Virus record (IMG/VR): IMGVR_UViG_3300033232_000040 | Span: 1-38,424 of that record | DNA length: 38,424 bases | Direction: 5' to 3' (one strand) | Source: a virus | Lineage: Duplodnaviria; Caudoviricetes | Shown here: piece after piece, positions 34,449 through 38,424 of the stretch | How the letters are laid out: the number at the start of each line of letters is the position of its first letter | Position numbering within the stretch: the stretch's first letter is position 1 | Made by a program: the position numbers and the translations under genes | The notes under the pieces: generated by a model | The model's input: only the letters and a program-made list of their open reading frames with translations | The model's database searches: none | What the model was told of the DNA's origin: nothing

Positions 34449-35227
34449 GCTTTGAAAAAGTAGTAATCGGCCCGGCCACGCTTTACCACGGGAATTCCCT
34501 GGAAATTATGGCCGCGCTGCCCGAGGCATCGGTGGACATGGTGCTCACCGATCCGCCCTACGGCCACAACAACAACAACGGCGACCTCATTTCAAACCGG
34601 GAGAAGGCGCTCGGCAGGCCCGCCAAAAAAGGCGCTGCGCCGCGCCCGATTCTGAACGACGGCGCAGAAGCCGACCCGCTTTTCAGAAATATGCTTGTGC
34701 AGGCGCAGCGGCTGCTAAAAACTCCTGGCTGCTGCTGCTGCTGCTGCTGCGGCGGCGGCGGCCCCGACCCGCTATTCGCGCGCTGGAGCCTGTGGATGGA
34801 CGAAATATTCAAGTTCAAGCAGGCTGTGGTGTGGGACAAAGGCAAGATCGGCATGGGCTGGCATTACCGCCGCAGCTATGAATTCGTGCTGGTCGCCGAA
34901 AAGCGCGGCAGCGGCAAGGCGAAGTGGTACGACACCACCAAGAAGATCGAGAACATCCTACGCGGCTGCGCCTGTACGCCCGACCGCATCGGCAAGATCA
35001 TCCCCCGTTCATCGCAGCACCCAACCGAAAAGCCCGTGCGGCTTGGCGAACACTTCATCCGCCTGCACAGCCAGCCCGGTGAAATCGTGCTCGACCCGTT
35101 CATGGGCAGCGCGGCGTTCGGCGAGGCTGCGGTCAAAATGGGACGCCAGTTCATCGGCATCGAACTTGACCGTGAGCACTTCGACCGCGCCGTGCCACGT
35201 ATTCAAAAGGCCGTAGACGCTTTATAA
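34445..35227 (+). CDS. Beta-class N4/N6 DNA methyltransferase with Cys7-Gly4 tract
   Basis: LTDPPY near the N-terminus, HPTEKPV, VLDPFMGS, FIGIELD. Confidence 0.9.
   Translation: MSFEKVVIGPATLYHGNSLEIMAALPEASVDMVLTDPPYGHNNNNGDLISNREKALGRPAKKGAAPRPILNDGAEADPLFRNMLVQAQRLLKTPGCCCCCCCGGGGPDPLFARWSLWMDEIFKFKQAVVWDKGKIGMGWHYRRSYEFVLVAEKRGSGKAKWYDTTKKIENILRGCACTPDRIGKIIPRSSQHPTEKPVRLGEHFIRLHSQPGEIVLDPFMGSAAFGEAAVKMGRQFIGIELDREHFDRAVPRIQKAVDAL
34730..34762 (+). repeat. (TGC)7(GGC)4 trinucleotide tract
   Basis: Read directly. Encodes CCCCCCCGGGG. Confidence 0.95.
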
Positions 35228-35228
35228 A

Positions 35229-35960
35229 ATGGGCATCACAGCCATCTTCAAGCGCCCCTTTGCCGAGCAGGTCGCGTTCTTTCGCGGCAAGCTCGGCAAC
35301 CTGATCCCCACCGAATCATGGCTGGACGTGCAGAAATCCGCCCACGACACCGGGTTCATGGTGGCCGGCGCGATGAAGCTCGATCTGCTGGCGGATCTGG
35401 CCGGCGCGGTTGACCAGGCGATCAGCGAAGGCACCGGAATCGAGGCGTTTCGCAAGAACTTCGACCAGATCGTCGAAAAGCACGGCTGGAGCTACAAAGG
35501 CGAATACAACTGGCGCACCCGCACCATCTATCGCACGAACATGACCAGCAGCTATTCGGCAGGCCGCCTAGTGCAGCTCAAATCCGGCAATTTCACCCAC
35601 TGGATCTACCGCCACAGCGACAGCGTGGCCCGCCCGCGCAAGCTGCATAAGGACTGGAACGGCCTCACCCTGCCGGCAGACGATTCCTGGTGGCAGACCC
35701 ACTATCCGCCCAACGGTTGGGGGTGCCAGTGCTACGTGATCGGAGCTACCCGCAAAACGGCCGAGCGGTTGGGAGGGCGTATCGAGGACGCGCCGGACGA
35801 TGGCACAGAACCGGACGGCCGCCCGAAAGGCATCGATAAAGGCTGGGATTACATGCCCGGCGCCACCACCGTCGACCAGCTGCGCCGCGCACTTTCAGAA
35901 AAATTGCCAGATTTGCCCAAGCCCTTGGCCGATGCACTGAGGAAAGACCTTGGTATGTAG
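35229..35960 (+). CDS. Head morphogenesis protein, Mu gpF / SPP1 gp7 family
   Basis: WRTRTIYRTN, WWQTHYPPNGWGCQCYV, GIDKGWDYMPG. Confidence 0.9.
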   Translation: MGITAIFKRPFAEQVAFFRGKLGNLIPTESWLDVQKSAHDTGFMVAGAMKLDLLADLAGAVDQAISEGTGIEAFRKNFDQIVEKHGWSYKGEYNWRTRTIYRTNMTSSYSAGRLVQLKSGNFTHWIYRHSDSVARPRKLHKDWNGLTLPADDSWWQTHYPPNGWGCQCYVIGATRKTAERLGGRIEDAPDDGTEPDGRPKGIDKGWDYMPGATTVDQLRRALSEKLPDLPKPLADALRKDLGM

Positions 35961-35974
35961 GACCGATGAGGTGA

Positions 35975-36082
35975 GGAAAGAGGAAGCGACCAGCCGTGTG
36001 TTCCACCACGATGCTGACCACCGCACCCGCAGACTGCTTGCGAGATTGACCCAGGGCTCCCCCACCACGCGCGTGGCCGGGG
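35975..36082 (-). ncRNA. Candidate structured RNA divergent from Dam-like gene
   Basis: Minus-strand stems need G-U pairs (GGUGGUCAGC/GCUGGUCGCU; CUCGCA/UGCGGG). TAGACT -10 at 36084-89, pyrimidine/U-rich end. Confidence 0.4.
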
Positions 36083-36120
36083 CAGTCTACCGGATTAACT
36101 CAACGCGAGAAAGGCAGCAA

Positions 36121-36912
36121 ATGCAGGCAAATCCAATGATTCCGTGGCTTGGTGGCAAACGTCGTTTGGCCGACCGTCTGATCCCGCTGTTTCCACAGCA
36201 CGAGTGCTATGTCGAGCTTTTCTGCGGCGGCGCGGCGCTCTATTTCATGCGCCAGCCTGCGCCGGTTGAGGCGCTTAACGACGTCAACGGCGATCTGGTG
36301 AACCTGTATCGGGTGGTGCAGCACCACCTCGAGGAGTTCGTCCGGCAGTTCAAATGGGCGATCAGCTCGCGCCAGATTTTCAAGTGGCACCAGATGACGG
36401 AGCCGGAAACGCTGACCGACATCCAGCGCGCGGCGCGGTTTTTCTACCTGCAGCACCACGCTTTCGGCGGAAAGGTTTCCGGCCAGAATTTCGGTACCGC
36501 GACGACGGCGCCGATGATCAACCTGTGCCGGATCGAGGAAAATCTGTCGGCCGCTCACCTGCGGCTGTCCGGTACCAACGTAGAGCAGCTGGCCTGGGAT
36601 GTGTGCCTGAAGAAATACGACCGCGCCCACACCTTCTTTTATGCGGATCCGCCGTACTGGGAAACCGAAGGCTATGGCGTGCCGTTTCCCTGGGAACAAT
36701 ATGAGCTGCTGGCGGCCGCGATGCGAGCCACCAAGGGAAAGATGATGGTGTCTATCAACGATCACCCAGATATCCGGGCAGTTTTCGATGGTCTGGTCAT
36801 GCACGACCTCGGCATTAAATATAGTGTGGCCAACGCCCACGGCCAGCCGACCGAAAGCCGCGAGCTGGTGATCACCAATTACCAGCCGAATGTGATGGAG
36901 GGACTGTTTTAA
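36121..36912 (+). CDS. DNA adenine methyltransferase (D12/Dam-like, alpha class)
   Basis: PWLGGKRRLA, YVELFCGGAA, NDVNGDLVNLY, FYADPPY. Start set at MQANPM. Confidence 0.93.
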   Translation: MQANPMIPWLGGKRRLADRLIPLFPQHECYVELFCGGAALYFMRQPAPVEALNDVNGDLVNLYRVVQHHLEEFVRQFKWAISSRQIFKWHQMTEPETLTDIQRAARFFYLQHHAFGGKVSGQNFGTATTAPMINLCRIEENLSAAHLRLSGTNVEQLAWDVCLKKYDRAHTFFYADPPYWETEGYGVPFPWEQYELLAAAMRATKGKMMVSINDHPDIRAVFDGLVMHDLGIKYSVANAHGQPTESRELVITNYQPNVMEGLF

Positions 36913-37433
36913 TGATCAGCATTCAGGTCGATGACCACGAAATGCGCCAGGCTTTCACCCGCCTGGTGGCCAGCGCCAAGAATCCCCGCCCGGTGCTGGC
37001 GCAGATCGGCGAGCTGCTGGTCGATTCAACCAAGCAGCGCTTCGGCACCTCGACCGCCCCGGACGGCACGCCCTGGGCGAAGAACTCCGAAACCACGCTG
37101 ATGCGCTATCTGGGTAAATATAAAGGGGCGTTCAGCAAGCGCGACGGCAAGCTGACCAAAACCGGCGCCGGCCGCGCTGCTGGCAAAAAGCCGCTGATCG
37201 GCGAGACCAGCGATTTGTCGCGCCAGATTCATTACGGCATCGAAGGCGGCACGCTGGCCGTAGGCAGCACCATGATCTATGGTGCCATGCAGCAATTCGG
37301 TGGAAAAAAATCCGAATTCCCCAACCTGTGGGGTGACATCCCAGCCCGGCCATTTTTGGGAATCTCGGACCAGGACAGCCGCAACATCTTGGCCGAGATT
37401 TCAGACTACCTGGCGCAGGCCGCCCGCCCCTGA
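36912..37433 (+). CDS. Virion morphogenesis protein, Mu gpG-like
   Basis: STKQRFGTSTAPDGTPW, YGAMQQFGG, IPARPFLGIS. Confidence 0.9.
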   Translation: MISIQVDDHEMRQAFTRLVASAKNPRPVLAQIGELLVDSTKQRFGTSTAPDGTPWAKNSETTLMRYLGKYKGAFSKRDGKLTKTGAGRAAGKKPLIGETSDLSRQIHYGIEGGTLAVGSTMIYGAMQQFGGKKSEFPNLWGDIPARPFLGISDQDSRNILAEISDYLAQAARP

Positions 37434-37470
37434 TTTTTCGCTTTTGTTAGTATCACCCTATGGGACGCCG

Positions 37471-37560
37471 TTTTATTCCGCTATCCCGTCTAGGTTCGTT
37501 TTATTTCGCCAAATCCCATTTATCTCACCTCACCCTGTGTATTTATCTCACCCCCCGTCA
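37471..37560 (-). repeat. Right end (attR) with transposase-binding repeats
   Basis: Minus strand GTGAGATAAAT at 37541-51 and 37518-28, degenerate GCGAAATAAAA (about 37499-509) and GCGGAATAAAA (37471-81). Terminal CA at 37559-60. Confidence 0.8.
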
Positions 37561-38424
37561 ACATCAGCTGCAGATAGACCGGCGCACCATAGACGAACAT
37601 GTCGCTGATGCTGTTGAGGGTGTCGCGCACCAGCCAGCCGGAAGCATCGTCAGCCAGGGGGGCGGGCAGACCGGCCTGCTGGTTGGCAAGTTGCAGCGCC
37701 TCGAACGCGGCGAGCTCGAGGATGCGCAAATAGGTGCCCACTGCCTTTTCGCGCTCGGCCTCGGGGATGTTGTCCTCGATAAACCGCCCCAGCGACTGAA
37801 AGCCGCCTTCGGCAAACAGCGCCAGCATCTGGCTGGCGCTGAACTTCAGCTTGTCCTCGATTTCCGTGCCCCAGGCCTCCTGCGGCAAGGCCTGGCGGGC
37901 AAAGCGCGCGGCGATTTCGGGGCGCAATTCAGCATTCAGCAGCGCACCGCGCAAGCGCATGAAGCTGTCGATCTCGCCCGCGGCATCGAGCGGCATGCGC
38001 AGGTAGCGGAAGTCCTCGTTCGGCGTGTCGCGCACGCCTGACATCATGTACCAGCGGCCGTCGAGTTCCAGCGGCAGCATGTAGTTGGAGAACTCGCGCG
38101 CCTGGCCGCGCGCGTCGCGCAGCTTGTACTGGAAGCTCGGGCCGACGTTGCGCAGGTGCCGGTTGTCGCTCACCGGACTGCCGCCAAGCACGCTCATGGT
38201 GCTGCCGGTCTCCACGATGTCGCCGCCCATGTTTTCGATGTTGAACGGGCGGAAATCGATGAATTCGATCATGTGCTCCCCCGCTTCGCTGGTCAGGGTG
38301 GCGTTTTGGTACACCGTGCCCTCAAGGGGGAAGGCGGATGCCGTGGGGGCAAACAGATTCCAGCCGCGCAGCGTCAGGCGGGTGCCGCCGTCGGCAAAGC
38401 TTGCCTGATAGATGGCGACGCCAT
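37561..38424 (-). pseudogene. resB: Host cytochrome c biogenesis protein ResB/Ccs1, interrupted by phage end
   Basis: GVAIYQASFADGG, FRPFNIEN, LRNVGPSFQYKLRDARGQAREFSNYMLP, YGAPVYLQL. The frame then runs into the phage end and stops at 37520. Confidence 0.85.

Larger units (their letters stand above)
109..37560. mobile_element. Mu-like transposable (pro)phage, siphovirus-type tail
   Basis: Contains DDE transposase, AAA ATPase, Gam, GemA, Mor, gp27/28/29, F, G, I, T, gp36 and gp37 homologues. Matching 20-nt ends: TGAGGCGCCGCGCGATAAAT (109-128) and TGACGGGGGGTGAGATAAAT (37560-37541, minus strand). Confidence 0.93.

Noticed and set aside
34730-34762. ON/OFF phase variation of the methyltransferase
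   Set aside because: Trinucleotide units keep the frame, so slippage would not switch the gene off.
35950-36120. N-terminal extension of the Dam-like protein
   Set aside because: Homology starts at MQANPMIPWLGGK, and the upstream region looks like structured non-coding DNA.
1-38424. CRISPR array, tRNA or rRNA
   Set aside because: No repeat-spacer pattern or tRNA/rRNA signature seen. The cloverleaf at 25739 is better explained as C4 RNA.

Overview
The window holds an apparently complete Mu-like (DDE-transposase) transposable phage of about 37.45 kb (109..37560), probably from a GC-rich betaproteobacterium. It is bounded by TGA...TCA ends carrying repeated (G)TGAGATAAAT-like transposase sites. 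The flanks are short pieces of two different, interrupted host genes: a DUF3943-like gene on the left and resB/ccs1 on the right, with no target-site duplication. The repressor/ner switch sits in the middle. The right arm (+) carries the early genes (two Ner-like paralogs, transposase, AAA ATPase, Gam, HU), a P1-type C4 antisense RNA/Rha module, GemA, a Mor activator with a duplicated dimerisation domain, an unusual lysis region, terminase, portal, gpF, gpG and two DNA methyltransferases. The left arm (-) carries protease, capsid and a minimal siphovirus-type tail. It ends in a tail fibre with a DGR-type variable region, followed by a collapsed diversity-generating retroelement (Avd N-terminus fused to an RT C-terminus; TR and RT core missing). 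Other notable signals: a capsid protein with a Sec-like signal peptide; four identically spaced late promoters that appear to give leaderless mRNAs; a pair of uncharacterised paralogs under opposite regulation; a poly-Cys methyltransferase; and a candidate antisense ncRNA beside the Dam-like gene. All family assignments are by eye, with no database search.
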